Assembly: GCF_037042905.1 (NCBI RefSeq)
Contig: NC_087252.1
Coordinates: 868,001-932,000, forward strand
Direction: 5' to 3'
Length of the DNA stretch: 64,000 nt
Source: Lytechinus pictus
Taxonomy: Eukaryota
The notes under the pieces were generated by a model. The model was given only the letters and a program-made list of their open reading frames with translations. It searched no databases and was not told the DNA's origin. The translations under genes and the position numbers were made by a program. Of the stretch, positions 10,264-21,240 are shown one piece after another. How positions within the stretch are numbered: position 1 is the stretch's first letter; each line of letters opens with the position of its first letter.

Positions 10264-13200
10264 ATGGAGAATCAAACAGATGCTGTGAGTGTTGTCAGTC
10301 ATAAGTCAGCGCGGAGCAGAGCAAGTAGATCTTCTCGAGCAAGCAGTAGGAGTGATCACCTTATTCTACGTCGCCAGGAAGCTGCCATTAAAGCAAGTTC
10401 GGCATTCGATGAAGAAGAGGCTAAGCTGGAGTTGACACTTCGAAATTTAAGGACAAAAAGAAAGCTAGCTTGTCTTCAAGCCGAACAAGCTGTTCTGGAG
10501 GAGAACGCCGAGTCTGAGTTTTCTCATGGACCCGAAGACAACCACGATCTCAAAGACATTAAAGAGGAAAACGAAGCAGAAAGGATTTCACGTTTTCTTA
10601 ATCGCCAGGGAGAGGAGGAAACTCCAGTCGTTACACACCTAGAATTGGGACAGTCGTCCACAACCGTGAGTAATTCACCTGACGATATTCACAAGATCGT
10701 CTCCTCACTTGAGAAACTAGCACAGTCATCTCTCGAGCAAGGGGTGTTAAATCGACATATGTTGATTCAATCCCAGCTACCAAAAGTCGATATCCCTTTG
10801 TTTTCTGGTGACCCACTATGCTACCCTCTGTGGAAAAACTCGTTCGATGCAACTGTACATATAAAACCACTCGATGATGGAGCCAAATTGAATCTGCTTC
10901 ACAGCTGCGTCGCTGGGAAGCCGAAAGAAATTGTGCAGCACTTTGTTTTGATTGGCTCCCCGGACGCGTATGAACAAGCTCGGGAGACTCTTTCCAGACG
11001 TTACGGCGACCCGACGGTTGTAAGCTCAGCCTTTACTTCTAAGCTAAATTCGTGGGGACGCATCAACAGCCGTGACGCAACCGGACTTCAAGATTTCTCA
11101 GACTGCTTGGCAAAGGTCGTTGCTGCAAAGAAGTCAATAAAGAGCCTGGGGATTTTGGATTTTCCTCAAGAGAATTCAAAACTCGTCGAAAAGCTCCCCT
11201 CATACCTCGAAAGCAAGTGGAGGGATGAAATCGATCGCTACAAGGAAAGACATGGGAGACAAGAATACCCTCCTTTCATCGCCTTCGCTGATTTTGTGAG
11301 GAGAGCGGCGGACAAGGCCAATATCCCAGAGCTCAGTGCTTCTGTGCGGGAGCAGATAAAGCCAGTCAACCCGAAGTCAAGCGGAAAACACGCTCGTACT
11401 TTCGCAACTGAAGGAAAACCTTTCAAACCTTCAGGCAAGCCGTCCAAGGACAAGACCTGTCCATATTGTCAAGATAATCATCTCATCGAAGAATGCTCCA
11501 AGTTTAAAAATATCACCCTCGAAGAGCGGCGGGCATTCTTCTTTGAGAAGAAGTTGTGCTTTGGATGCGGGCTGCACATCAACCACAGGAGCAAGCAGTG
11601 TAAGGCCAGGCGCTCTTGTGCAGTTTGCGAAGGAAGGCATCTATCCTGCTTCCACTCGTGGCAGAAACAGCCAGTCAAGCAGGAAGAAGCAACCGCAAAT
11701 TGCACCTCGGTCTGCAGTCTCCAAGAAATTCAAGGAAAAGACCACTCGATGATTGTTCCTGTGTGGGTGAGGAGTGTCAATAACCCATCAAAATCATTCT
11801 TAGAGTACGCGATATTGGACGAACAATCCAATGTTAGCTTTATATCATGCAAACTGTACAATAAGCTAAACCTCCAAGGCCAAAAAACCAGCCTCAAGCT
11901 GACGACGCTGCATGATACTTCGATGATTGATACTTTCAAGGTGCAGGACTTGGAGTTGCAAGATCACAAAAGGCAAAACATCGTTCGCCTACCAGCTGCC
12001 TTTACCAGGGATGACATTCCTGCCACAAGGTCTCAAATCCCAAAGGCTCAGATCGCTGAAAGATGGCCTCACCTCATCCGCGTGGCAGAAGAGATGATGC
12101 CATATGACCAGACTGTTGAAGTTTCTCTTCTCATCGGAACAGACTGCCCAAGTGCGATTCGACCTCGAGAAATCGTCGCTGGAGGAGAAGCGGAACCATA
12201 TGGGCAGAAATCTCTACTTGGTTGGGGAGTTGTCGGACGAATCTGCAAGGATCCAATCGAATCAAGTTCAGCTAGCTGTCACAAAATAGCTGCTGAATTG
12301 TACCAGAACCTCGCATTCCCAACCAAGGCCAAGGAACTTCTCATCGAAGACAAGGTGATTAAAGCTCTGGAGACTGACTTCAAACATGACAACTCGAAAG
12401 AACCAATGTCCATTGAAGACCATAGATTCCTTCATCTCCTTGAGGAGGGAATAGTGAAGAGACAGGATGGGCATTATGAAATGCCACTTCCACTAAAGAC
12501 GGATAATGTAAGCCTTCCATCAAACCGACTAGTAGCTGAAAAACGATGGAGACAGCTTACAGCTCGTTTCAAGAAAAATCCTCAGTTCCTGAATGACTAT
12601 CGAGCCTTCATGGATGAAGTTATCAAGACCTATGCAGAGAGGGCACCAGTTCACAGTGTGGAAGGGATGGTCAACTATGTTCCCCACACAGGAGTGTACC
12701 ATCCTCGAAAACCGGGCAAGATTCGTGTCGTTTTCGATTGCTCGGCAAAATGTAATGGCATCTCCCTTAATGACCATCTCCTTCAAGGCCCGGACCTTAC
12801 TAATGGACTCCTCGGTGTCCTATGTCGCTTCAGGCAAGATGATGTCGCATTCATGGCCGACATCAAAAGCATGTTCCACCAATTCTACGTTACTGAGAAG
12901 CATCGAGATCTTCTTCGCTTTCTCTGGTGGGAAGACGGCAATCCAAATTCCAACGTGGTTGAATATCGGATGAAGGTGCATCTCTTCGGAGCGACAAGCT
13001 CACCAGGCTGTGCCAACTTCGGTCTCAAGAGGGCAGCAGACGACGGTGAAGAGGAATTTGGGAGTGAAGCTGCCAACTACATTCGTAAGGAGTTCTACGT
13101 AGACGATGGACTGAAGTCGGTATCGACATCGGAAGAAGCTGTTGCACTCCTGAAGTCAGCACAAGGGATCTGTGAAAAAGCAGGGCTTCGACTTCACAAA

Positions 13201-15435
13201 ATCATGTCGAACAAGAAGGAAGTTCTGCAAAAATTTGCAACAGACGACATGTCCAAGGGCCTAGCTGATGAAGTATCGTGTTCTCTTGTCATCGCTAAGT
13301 CTAGAGTGACCCCTCTCAAACACCAAACCATTCCAAGACTCGAATTAGCTGCTGCTGTTATCTCGACCAAGATGAGTGCATTTCTTCGCAAAGAACTGAC
13401 ATATCATGAGATTCGTGAATACTTCTGGACTGACAGCAAAATCGTGTTGGGGTACATCAGCAACGAGTCCAGAAGGTTTCATGTCTATGTAGCCAATCGA
13501 GTGCAACAAATACGCAACGTATCTGACCCTGCGTCTTGGTACTACGTAGACACTTCAACCAATCCAGCAGATGATGCTTCTCGAGGACTCACGGCAAAAG
13601 AGTTGTTGGAGAGCAGCACTTGGCAAGCAGGTCCAGGCTTCCTGCATGAGAAAGGACTGTTTCATCCTCCTGAACCCATTCCAATTAATGTGGAAGAAAC
13701 TGACCCAGAAGTGAAGAAATCAACAACGCTCTCATCTAGAGTTGAACTTCACAACACCTTCGACACCAGTCGGTTATTGCATCTCTCTAGCTGGAACCAA
13801 GCCAAGAGAGTAATAGCCTTGTGCGTGAGACTCAAGCAGCGTCTAAAGATGAGAGAGATCAAGCTCAAAAAATCGCCATCTTTGAAGAGACCAATACCCA
13901 GAATATCTCTGAGCGTTGCTGACCTCCAGGCAGCTGAGTGGGAAATTCTCAGCTTAATCCAGAAAAGGCACCTTGGTCGCGAGCGAGAAGTACTCGCCAA
14001 CCTGGATGTGTCAGCTGACAACAATCGACAGATTGCGAAACGGAGAAATGATGACATTAAGCCAACAAGCTCATTATATCGATTAGACCCATTTCTAGAT
14101 AGCAAAGGTCTAATTAGAGTCGGAGGTCGAATTCAGAGGGCAAATATCCCAGACTATGTGAAACACCCTGTCATCGTCCCCAGAGATGCTCATCTGACAG
14201 CACTTCTAATTCGGCATCACCATGGAGAAGTAAATCATATGGGCAGAGGATCGACTCACAATCAACTTCGTCAGGCTGGTTACTGGGTGATAGGTGGTTC
14301 GTCAGCTGTCTCATCCATCATCACCAAATGTGTGACCTGCAAGCGACTTCGTGGACCTCTGGAGAAGCAAAAGATGGCAGACCTCCCGAAAGACAGACTT
14401 GAACAGGCTCCTCCATTCTCTTACTGTGCTGTCGACTACTTTGGGCCATTCTCGATCACTGAGAAACGAAGCACAGTGAAGCGATATGTAGCACTGTTCA
14501 CCTGCATGGCATCCAGAGCTGTTCATCTGGAATCAGCCAACAGCCTCGACACCAGTTCCTTCATCAACTGTCTTCGAAGATTTGTTAATCGCCGTGGACC
14601 TGTTCGACAAATTCGCTCCGACAGAGGAACTGCTTTCGTGGGTGCTAGGAATGAGCTCCGAGACGCCTTGAAACAGATGGACCAAGACAAGATCCAGCAG
14701 TATCTTGTTGAAAATAACACTGACTGGATTCCCTTCGTAATGAATCCACCTCATGCATCACACATGGGCGGAGTATGGGAGCGCCAGATTCAGACAGTTC
14801 GTCGTGCTCTAGAACCCCTTATGATGTCTGCGGGAAAACAACTAGATGATGAGGCATTTAGAACATTTCTTTCTGAAGCAGAGTCGATCGTCAACTCAAG
14901 GCCTCTTACAACACAGAACCTGAGCTCGTCTGATGCTCCAGAACCATTGACACCTAACCATCTCCTGACTATGAAGGCCAAAGTAGTCCTCCCACCGCCA
15001 GGCAAGTTCCAGAAAGCAGACATGTATGCTAGAAAATGGTGGCGTAGAGTCCAACATCTTACCAACGAGTTCTGGACGAGGTGGAGGAAAGAATATCTAA
15101 CCGACCTGCAAACTCGGAAGAAGTGGGCTCGTCCTAGGAAAAGTCTTAAAGTCGGCGACATCGTCATCTCCAAAGAAGCAGATGATAACCGTGCTCAGTG
15201 GCCCCTTGGAAGAGTGTCGAAAGTGTATCCTAGCAACGATGGGCTTGTGCGCAAGGTCCAACTCGTCATGGCAGATTCATCGTTAGATAGCCAGGGCAAG
15301 CGTAAAAAACAACCCACCATGCTGGAAAGACCTGTACACAAATTGGTGCTTCTCTTGTCTCCAGAAGAGACCTCGGAAACTAGTGACACAGAAGACCAAG
15401 GGATTCCCCATCAAGGAGCCAACACAACACAATGA
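10264..15435 (+). CDS. BEL/Pao Gag-Pol polyprotein (1723 aa), apparently missing the RT thumb/tether and RNase H N-terminus
   Basis: Gag FSGDPLCYPLW; three Cys/His knuckles (CPYC..H..C, CFGC..H..C, CAVC..H..H); protease ILDEQS; RT RVVFDCSA, ADIKSMF, LFGATSSP, YVDD; RNase H C-terminal part AKSRVTP, IPRLEL, WTDS, NPADDASRG; integrase H-H-C-C, VDYFGP, SDRGT, GGVWER. Confidence 0.95.
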   Translation: MENQTDAVSVVSHKSARSRASRSSRASSRSDHLILRRQEAAIKASSAFDEEEAKLELTLRNLRTKRKLACLQAEQAVLEENAESEFSHGPEDNHDLKDIKEENEAERISRFLNRQGEEETPVVTHLELGQSSTTVSNSPDDIHKIVSSLEKLAQSSLEQGVLNRHMLIQSQLPKVDIPLFSGDPLCYPLWKNSFDATVHIKPLDDGAKLNLLHSCVAGKPKEIVQHFVLIGSPDAYEQARETLSRRYGDPTVVSSAFTSKLNSWGRINSRDATGLQDFSDCLAKVVAAKKSIKSLGILDFPQENSKLVEKLPSYLESKWRDEIDRYKERHGRQEYPPFIAFADFVRRAADKANIPELSASVREQIKPVNPKSSGKHARTFATEGKPFKPSGKPSKDKTCPYCQDNHLIEECSKFKNITLEERRAFFFEKKLCFGCGLHINHRSKQCKARRSCAVCEGRHLSCFHSWQKQPVKQEEATANCTSVCSLQEIQGKDHSMIVPVWVRSVNNPSKSFLEYAILDEQSNVSFISCKLYNKLNLQGQKTSLKLTTLHDTSMIDTFKVQDLELQDHKRQNIVRLPAAFTRDDIPATRSQIPKAQIAERWPHLIRVAEEMMPYDQTVEVSLLIGTDCPSAIRPREIVAGGEAEPYGQKSLLGWGVVGRICKDPIESSSASCHKIAAELYQNLAFPTKAKELLIEDKVIKALETDFKHDNSKEPMSIEDHRFLHLLEEGIVKRQDGHYEMPLPLKTDNVSLPSNRLVAEKRWRQLTARFKKNPQFLNDYRAFMDEVIKTYAERAPVHSVEGMVNYVPHTGVYHPRKPGKIRVVFDCSAKCNGISLNDHLLQGPDLTNGLLGVLCRFRQDDVAFMADIKSMFHQFYVTEKHRDLLRFLWWEDGNPNSNVVEYRMKVHLFGATSSPGCANFGLKRAADDGEEEFGSEAANYIRKEFYVDDGLKSVSTSEEAVALLKSAQGICEKAGLRLHKIMSNKKEVLQKFATDDMSKGLADEVSCSLVIAKSRVTPLKHQTIPRLELAAAVISTKMSAFLRKELTYHEIREYFWTDSKIVLGYISNESRRFHVYVANRVQQIRNVSDPASWYYVDTSTNPADDASRGLTAKELLESSTWQAGPGFLHEKGLFHPPEPIPINVEETDPEVKKSTTLSSRVELHNTFDTSRLLHLSSWNQAKRVIALCVRLKQRLKMREIKLKKSPSLKRPIPRISLSVADLQAAEWEILSLIQKRHLGREREVLANLDVSADNNRQIAKRRNDDIKPTSSLYRLDPFLDSKGLIRVGGRIQRANIPDYVKHPVIVPRDAHLTALLIRHHHGEVNHMGRGSTHNQLRQAGYWVIGGSSAVSSIITKCVTCKRLRGPLEKQKMADLPKDRLEQAPPFSYCAVDYFGPFSITEKRSTVKRYVALFTCMASRAVHLESANSLDTSSFINCLRRFVNRRGPVRQIRSDRGTAFVGARNELRDALKQMDQDKIQQYLVENNTDWIPFVMNPPHASHMGGVWERQIQTVRRALEPLMMSAGKQLDDEAFRTFLSEAESIVNSRPLTTQNLSSSDAPEPLTPNHLLTMKAKVVLPPPGKFQKADMYARKWWRRVQHLTNEFWTRWRKEYLTDLQTRKKWARPRKSLKVGDIVISKEADDNRAQWPLGRVSKVYPSNDGLVRKVQLVMADSSLDSQGKRKKQPTMLERPVHKLVLLLSPEETSETSDTEDQGIPHQGANTTQ

Positions 15436-15826
15436 ACATTTAATTTAATTTAATTCTTTGTCTCTTTGTTTTCCACTTTTTTGTTCTTGTCTTTCCTCTT
15501 TGCCATTTCTTTTTCCAATCTTCTCTTGATAGTTCGCTCGAGTAGACTTGTCAAAATTCAAGTGTTTTGATTCTTTGTTTCTGTATTTCTACTTTTCTTT
15601 TTCTCAACTACTTTCACCTTTTATCTCCTTTCTATTTCTCTCCTAATTTACTTTCATATTTTCGCTCAAGTCAGTTGATTTTAACTATTGTATCGTTGCC
15701 TTTTGTTTTAAAAGCGCCAGCTGTTTTATTCTTTTGATATTCGTGAATAATTTGCTTCGAAATTTATGAAAAATTGTTTTCGTTTAGCTTTCGATTGGTA
15801 ACTGCCTAAAGCAGTTAAAGGAGCCA

Positions 15827-17240
15827 TGTCACTGCAGCAGTATGCAGTGAAGGTTTATGATTTTAAATGTACATGTTTTTGATTAATTCAGTTTTTCATT
15901 CTTTAAATGATATTAATTCAGTGGTTATCTATAATGATATCTTCTAACTTGCTTTCAGTCTTCTGATTTTGATTATGTTTAGATATTGAATTTAGTCTTA
16001 TTGGTGTATATCTAGTAGGCATATATAACATTTTTTTGTACATAAAGCTTTTCATATAGTATTCAATATGCTTGCATGTAGTAGATATATACTTGTACAT
16101 ATTTCAGTGTTATAAGATCGAGACACCCTGATTAAAGAGAACTATGTTCTCTGTGAAGGTTCTATTCATTCCCAGAGGAGCAATTGTCTGGACCTTCAGA
16201 CCTTTAGTACACAAACTTGGCCACAGTAATTGTAGAACAAAGACCCCCTTTCAGTTTGTGCAGCCCCCTTTTCTATAGTTTCAACTTGTACTGGTAGAGC
16301 TTGGCTTGGGTTTTAGCTTTTTGAGAAAGCCAAGTCATTACATTTCGGAAAGCCAGCGAGTTAACATCATATTTTAGACACCTCAAGTATTAAGTTCGAT
16401 CTTTCGATACCTTCGATTCAGTTTCAACAGTTCAAAGCCTCCAATTGGTAAGAATAGTTTTATACTTCACTATTATAGATATCTCTATATTAATTTCTTT
16501 AAAGCAGTAGCAATATAGTAAACTTATATGCATTTTTAGAACTCAGTTTAGGATATTTCTTATTGCAAAGTTGTAGCTTTATTTCGAGATCATCTTTATG
16601 ATTAATAACTACATTACCTATATTTATCTTCACTTTAAATGTTTTGATTCGCAAATTGTTAAGTGAGTTTATTAATGTCTTCATTAATTTCTGTGTTGTT
16701 TTAATTAGTTTATGAGACATATTTGTTAGTAATACTTTCTTGAATATTTTGTTATTCATATTATAAGGAAATTCCATTTAGTTACATTAATTAGTCTGTA
16801 CCTATGTAATTGATGAACTTATTATCTTAACTTATTAACTTATTTCTCCTTTTAATGCTAGTTACATAATCCAATTGTTTTGTGTAGTTTGTTTACTTTA
16901 TTCATATTTGTTTCACTTATAGCTGTTAGAATAGTAATTTAGCATACCTTTTCTTGTATATAGTCATAGCATAAAGTCGCGTTATTTGTTTTCTTTCGTA
17001 ATATCATTTGTGAATTTGAATACTAAATGTTCGTTCTATTTGTTCTCTTTTTCTCGCAGTATTCTATCTACATCTACTTTACTTCATGTTACACGAGAGT
17101 TTTGCAATTAAAATCGAATCGTCATCGGTAATTCTCTCTGTTCGGAATAAGTTTCTTTTGGAGTGCATTGTTCTTCGAACCACCTTCGATCTCGACCGAA
17201 ACTCCTTACTTAGCATCTCGAGTTAAGTGAGGCAGCCACA
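15827..17240 (+). repeat. 3' LTR (1414 bp)
   Basis: Same length as the 5' LTR; no differences in the segments I compared; identical spurious ORF translations in both copies. Confidence 0.97.
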
Positions 17241-18029
17241 ACAAGTATTGGAAACAAAACGATACTCCTGGCAAGTATTCCCTGAAATGAACCCCTAAAC
17301 AAGTACAGCGATGTTTATGTCACGGGTCCGTCCGTCGTCGTGGTTTTACCTTTATACACCATTTGGTTTAGTACGGCCCCACAATAAAGATGTATACTAA
17401 TAACGCTTTTACGTTATTAGTATATATCTCTACGGGCCCCACCTTCCACACCTCGCGCAAATCATACTCTAAACACGTAGTGTTGGGGCAAAGAGGATAT
17501 CTTTATAAAACATTTTAATTTTGTTTATCATCCCCGCAAATTTGACCCTAAACACGTAGCTTTCCTAGCGAAATAGATACCCTTTTTTCATTATTTTTGT
17601 GTTTTTGACACCCTTATCACGTTACGTACGTAACGTACGTGCCCTATCTTGAAAAAGACATCCTTTTTACGTGTTTTTTGGTCGCGCATGGTATCCACTC
17701 GTCAATGTAAGTGCCCCCCCCCCCCCCCCGGGGTGCAGTTATTGTCTTTGTTGTTATTATGCTGAACGTAAGCGATACGTCTGATCTGGCAAAGACTACG
17801 CATTGCAACAATGTGTAGTCTTTGCCAGATCAGACGTATCTCTTGCGTTCAGCATAACAGCAAAGACAATAAATGCAGCCTCCGCCTGGATATAGGCTAC
17901 CTTAGAGAGTGCAAATGTGACCGAGCTACTATAAATTACTAATCACCAAACATGCAGGCAATGATTTCAAATATCATCCCGAGGTTTTTTTACCTGACTG
18001 CTAAGAAAGTACGAATGCCTGTGAGCAAG

Positions 18030-18172
18030 CAACCAGGGGACCAACGGCTTAAGGTCCTCTCCGAGGGACCTGGTAATGAGGATAAATGCCTTACCAAAGG
18101 GCACTTGGAAATCGAACCCGGGTCATCGGAATCCGAAACCCCCGCTCTATACCGACTGAGCTATCGCGCCTC
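18030..18172 (-). mobile_element. tRNA-derived SINE (5' part)
   Basis: Minus strand GAGGCGCGATAGCTCAGTCGG (A box) ... GGTTCGATTTCC (B box) followed by GCCCTTTGGTAAGGCATTTATCCTC core. Confidence 0.7.
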
Positions 18173-19560
18173 ATGGAGTAACATATACCACAATGGTTAG
18201 TTTCGGTCATATTCGTTCATTATTTTGGTTTACGTAGCAGACGATGCTAGCCTGCGAGTATATAGTATACTTACGCAGACCCTATTGCAAATCAAAATCA
18301 ATTCCGGACTCAATATTTGCTTCCTAGCTCAAACTGTAGCTATATCATAAATATCAGTAGGCAAAGTTTTATAATACAAGAACAATACTTTCAACATTAA
18401 ATGCGTTAATTAAGTATGTTTGGACTGTATTAATTGTTTCAAATGGAAAGGGTCTAGAAACAAAAACTATCATACGTTAGTCACGTGACGTTGTACACAG
18501 AAATATGCCATGTTCTGCCTGCTCGATCTCAAAGTTTGGGAGAAAAATAAGATGTAACCATTATACCAGTCATAAAGTACTATACATCAAACTGTAGGTA
18601 ATCTATTTAACATTGAGATGACAATCAATCTTGACATTTTTTACCCTTAGGGATCCCTTTAGGGATATTTCAGTGGGAAAACAAAGGTGCCAACGTCTCG
18701 AAAATATAGGTGGTTTTAGACCGTTTACCATAGCAAGAGTTGTGAACATGGGAACATGGACACTTTCAAATGAACAGCGAGACGTGAATAGTGAATTAAT
18801 TGTAATAATATTCACATCAAATTAATTGAATTGGACAAAATTTTCACACTATTATCAATCTGGTGTGAGATTATTAATAATTATAAAGATATACCCGGAT
18901 TTTTGCAATATTACGCTCGTGAAAACGACTGTTCCCTGTGTTGAAGCTGTGTGTGGGGACTTTTGGACACTCATGCACGCGACTAACCATTATGCATCAT
19001 TTTTGTCAGCATTAACCGATATTATTTTTGCTTCCTCTATGCCAGGATCACACAGTCAAGGGCGGAAATCTCTCCCCATAGGTAGGGAGGGGGGGGGGGC
19101 CAGGGGCTGGAAAATTTGACCAAAAAAAAGGTTATCAACCAAAAAGTAAGGTCATGCCAGGGGCCGCAGAACTGTTTTAAAAGTGGGGGGGGGGGGCTGA
19201 CCATGCAAAAAATCACAATCATATGGTAATTTTTACGTTTTTGTACATGGTTTTGAATGTTTTATTTCGATTTTAAATGATTGATTTTGTTCCATCATAA
19301 AAGACAAAAAATACTAGGGGGACATTTCATATTGTGTCCTACTATTTTGGGTAGGGGGACGCGACCCCCTGTCCTCCCTGGGATTTCCGCCCATGTGCAC
19401 AGTCCCGATGCAGACAGAGTAGAGGACCGAAACACAAGTTATTTTACAAAACAGAAACTTCTTCTCTCGTAATCTAAAAAAAAAACAGTCAGTATACCAC
19501 GTCGGATGACATAAATTTTCTGTCCTTTAATTAATTCCAACAAAAAAATATGGCCTAGAT

Positions 19561-19673
19561 CCCGGGGGGGGGGGCATTTACATTGACGAGTGGATACCAT
19601 GCACGACCAAAAAACACGTAAAAGGGATGTCTTTGTCATTATTCAATGGAAGTGCCCCCCCCCCCCCCCCGTG
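19561..19673. mobile_element. 113-bp deletion derivative of the hAT-like family at 8655
   Basis: Same TIR sequence (CCCGGGG..GCATTTACATTGACGAGTGGATACCATG), 8-bp TSD GCCTAGAT at 19553-19560 and 19674-19681. Confidence 0.85.
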
Positions 19674-19935
19674 GCCTAGATCTATATATATATATCATAG
19701 AGAGTATATATCTCTATGATATATATCTACTATAAAGTACATTCATTTGCGTCGCCTGACCTGAAATTATCGACATTTTTTATTTCACATTCCATATCCA
19801 CAGCTGAGTGCAACATGCGGTCGATAACTTCAGGCGCAGGAGTGTCGTGTCAAAAAAAGAAAAGCAGCGATCGACGGAGGCTTCTCCTTTCCCCCAAAGA
19901 ACTGTAATATAAAGGCAGGAGCAAGAGAAAGAAAG

Positions 19936-20344
19936 ATGGAATGCTATGAAAGTGACCAAGTATCGATGTCGACCAGCCCTTCGACTATCGCTTCGTCCAG
20001 TCCATCGATATATTATGCCTCAGATCAGAGTCCCTCTCAGTCCCAGTGCTCGTCGGGCAGCTCCATCGGATCATTCAGCATTCCCGACGCAGGTGGAACA
20101 GGCGATCGCGACCGAGAACGTCCGTGCCTGGTGTGCGGTGACCGCGGCACTGGGTGTCACTATTCAGTATTTTCTTGCGAAGGTTGCAAAGGGTTTTTCA
20201 AGCGAACGGTCCAGAAACAGCTCTTGTATTCATGCAGGGGACCCAGTAACATGGAGGGCGCCTGTGAAATCAACAAAGCAAGTCGGAATAGCTGTCAGTT
20301 TTGTCGATTTCAGAAGTGTTTGACAGCTGGTATGAAAACAGATG
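19936..20344 (+). CDS. Orphan nuclear receptor, coding exon 1 (Ser-rich A/B region plus the entire C4 zinc-finger DBD)
   Basis: [45 protein letters not shown]; first ATG after an in-frame TAA at 19825; donor G|GTGAGG at 20345 (phase 1). Confidence 0.93.
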
Positions 20345-20789
20345 GTGAGGATTCAGATTTCAGAAATAAAAATCTAGGGCTAGGCCTAGGCCCATTTATA
20401 TTTTGGTTTCCAGTTTTGGGGTCCAATTTCCTTTGTTTACATTTGCTGCAAAAGGATTAACTTGGCGGCAAATAAAAATGTGATAAGCAGATTCCTCATG
20501 AAAAATTACCCCTTTTCACCGTCTACTTTAAAAATTCACCGTCTACTTTTGTTTTGATAAGGATTTTTGTTGTCAATCACACACAAAACAAATGGGCTTC
20601 TGACCTCAGTGAGACAAAATTTTGGGTGGAAAAAATCATGCTTTTGTTGGTGTTGTTTCTTTTGTCGTTTTGCAAAGCAAGTCTCCAATGTGGGAGATTG
20701 TCTCCCCTATTGGAGAGAGTCTCCCATATTGGCCGTGCGCCTCTACTGTCAGTACTACTATATACTAGTACGTAGTTAGTAGATAGGTG

Positions 20790-21240
20790 GTGGCCGTCTG
20801 TTTGGAGGAGTTTTTTTAACTTTTTCAATTTCTTTTTATTTCTCCTCATACACAGACGGCTCGCGATCGTGCACCCGCCATTAGGGGGTTAACAATGCAA
20901 AATCCCCTGACGGGGCTCATCAATTTTTGTCTTTATTTCATAAAAATATATAAAAGGAACTGGACCAAAATAAAAATTATTCCGTCTTGGCCTGAAATGC
21001 ACCAAAACAGGAAAAAATAAACTCAGACAAAAGGAAAAAAAACAGTGACTTACTTTGCCTGTCACGCAACTCCCACTTCCCTGGTTTATCCAAACTTAAA
21101 ACATGGCCAGTGAGTCCCTGTACAGATCGATTTAGAACTTTGATCTCTGTAGTCTGTATTTGGAATTTTGGATTTGGTGAGTGGAGCCATCAGAGTTCAG
21201 CGGAATAACCAACATAACAGAGACCAAAGTTTTTGGTCTA
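20790..21240. repeat. Dispersed structured repeat, copy 1 (homologous to 46415-46775 plus 47264-47380)
   Basis: Shared blocks such as GCCGTCTGTTT..GAGGAG, GACGGGGCTCATCAATTTTTGTCTTTATTTCATAAA and TTTGGTGAGTGGAGCCA..ACCAACATAACAGAGACC. Confidence 0.85.

Larger units (their letters stand above)
8795..17240 (+). mobile_element. BEL/Pao LTR retrotransposon with both LTRs
   Basis: Two 1414-bp LTRs (TGT...ACA), 5-bp TSD ACAAG (8790-8794 / 17241-17245), single gag-pol ORF with PR-RT-RH-IN order and BEL-type Gag knuckles; short purine tract AAAGGAGCCA before the 3' LTR. Confidence 0.97.
8655..17732. mobile_element. Non-autonomous DNA transposon with 8-bp TSD (hAT-like), split by the BEL element
   Basis: TIR CCCGGGGGGCCACTTCCATTGACAAGTGGATACCATGCGCGACCA versus TGGTCGCGCATGGTATCCACTCGTCAATGTAAGTGCCC..CCCGGG; TSD GTGCAGTT at 8647-8654 and 17733-17740; internal CCCTAAACACG motifs. 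Confidence 0.85.
8622..17898. mobile_element. Outer palindromic MITE split by nested insertions (own sequence 8622-8654 and 17741-17898)
   Basis: Removing 8655-17740 restores a hairpin: AGCCTATA..AGGCGGA..TGCAGTTATTGTCTTTG..TCTGATCTGGCAAAGACTAC versus GTAGTCTTTGCCAGATCAGA..CAAAGACAATAAATGCA..TCCGCCT..TATAGGCT. Confidence 0.75.

Noticed and set aside
15436..15826. env-like ORF in the BEL element
   Set aside because: Only about 390 nt of T-rich non-coding sequence before the 3' LTR.
20345..20460. C-terminal part of the 174-aa ORF, suggesting a DBD-only receptor
   Set aside because: Intron read-through; four downstream exons supply the T-box and full LBD in phase.
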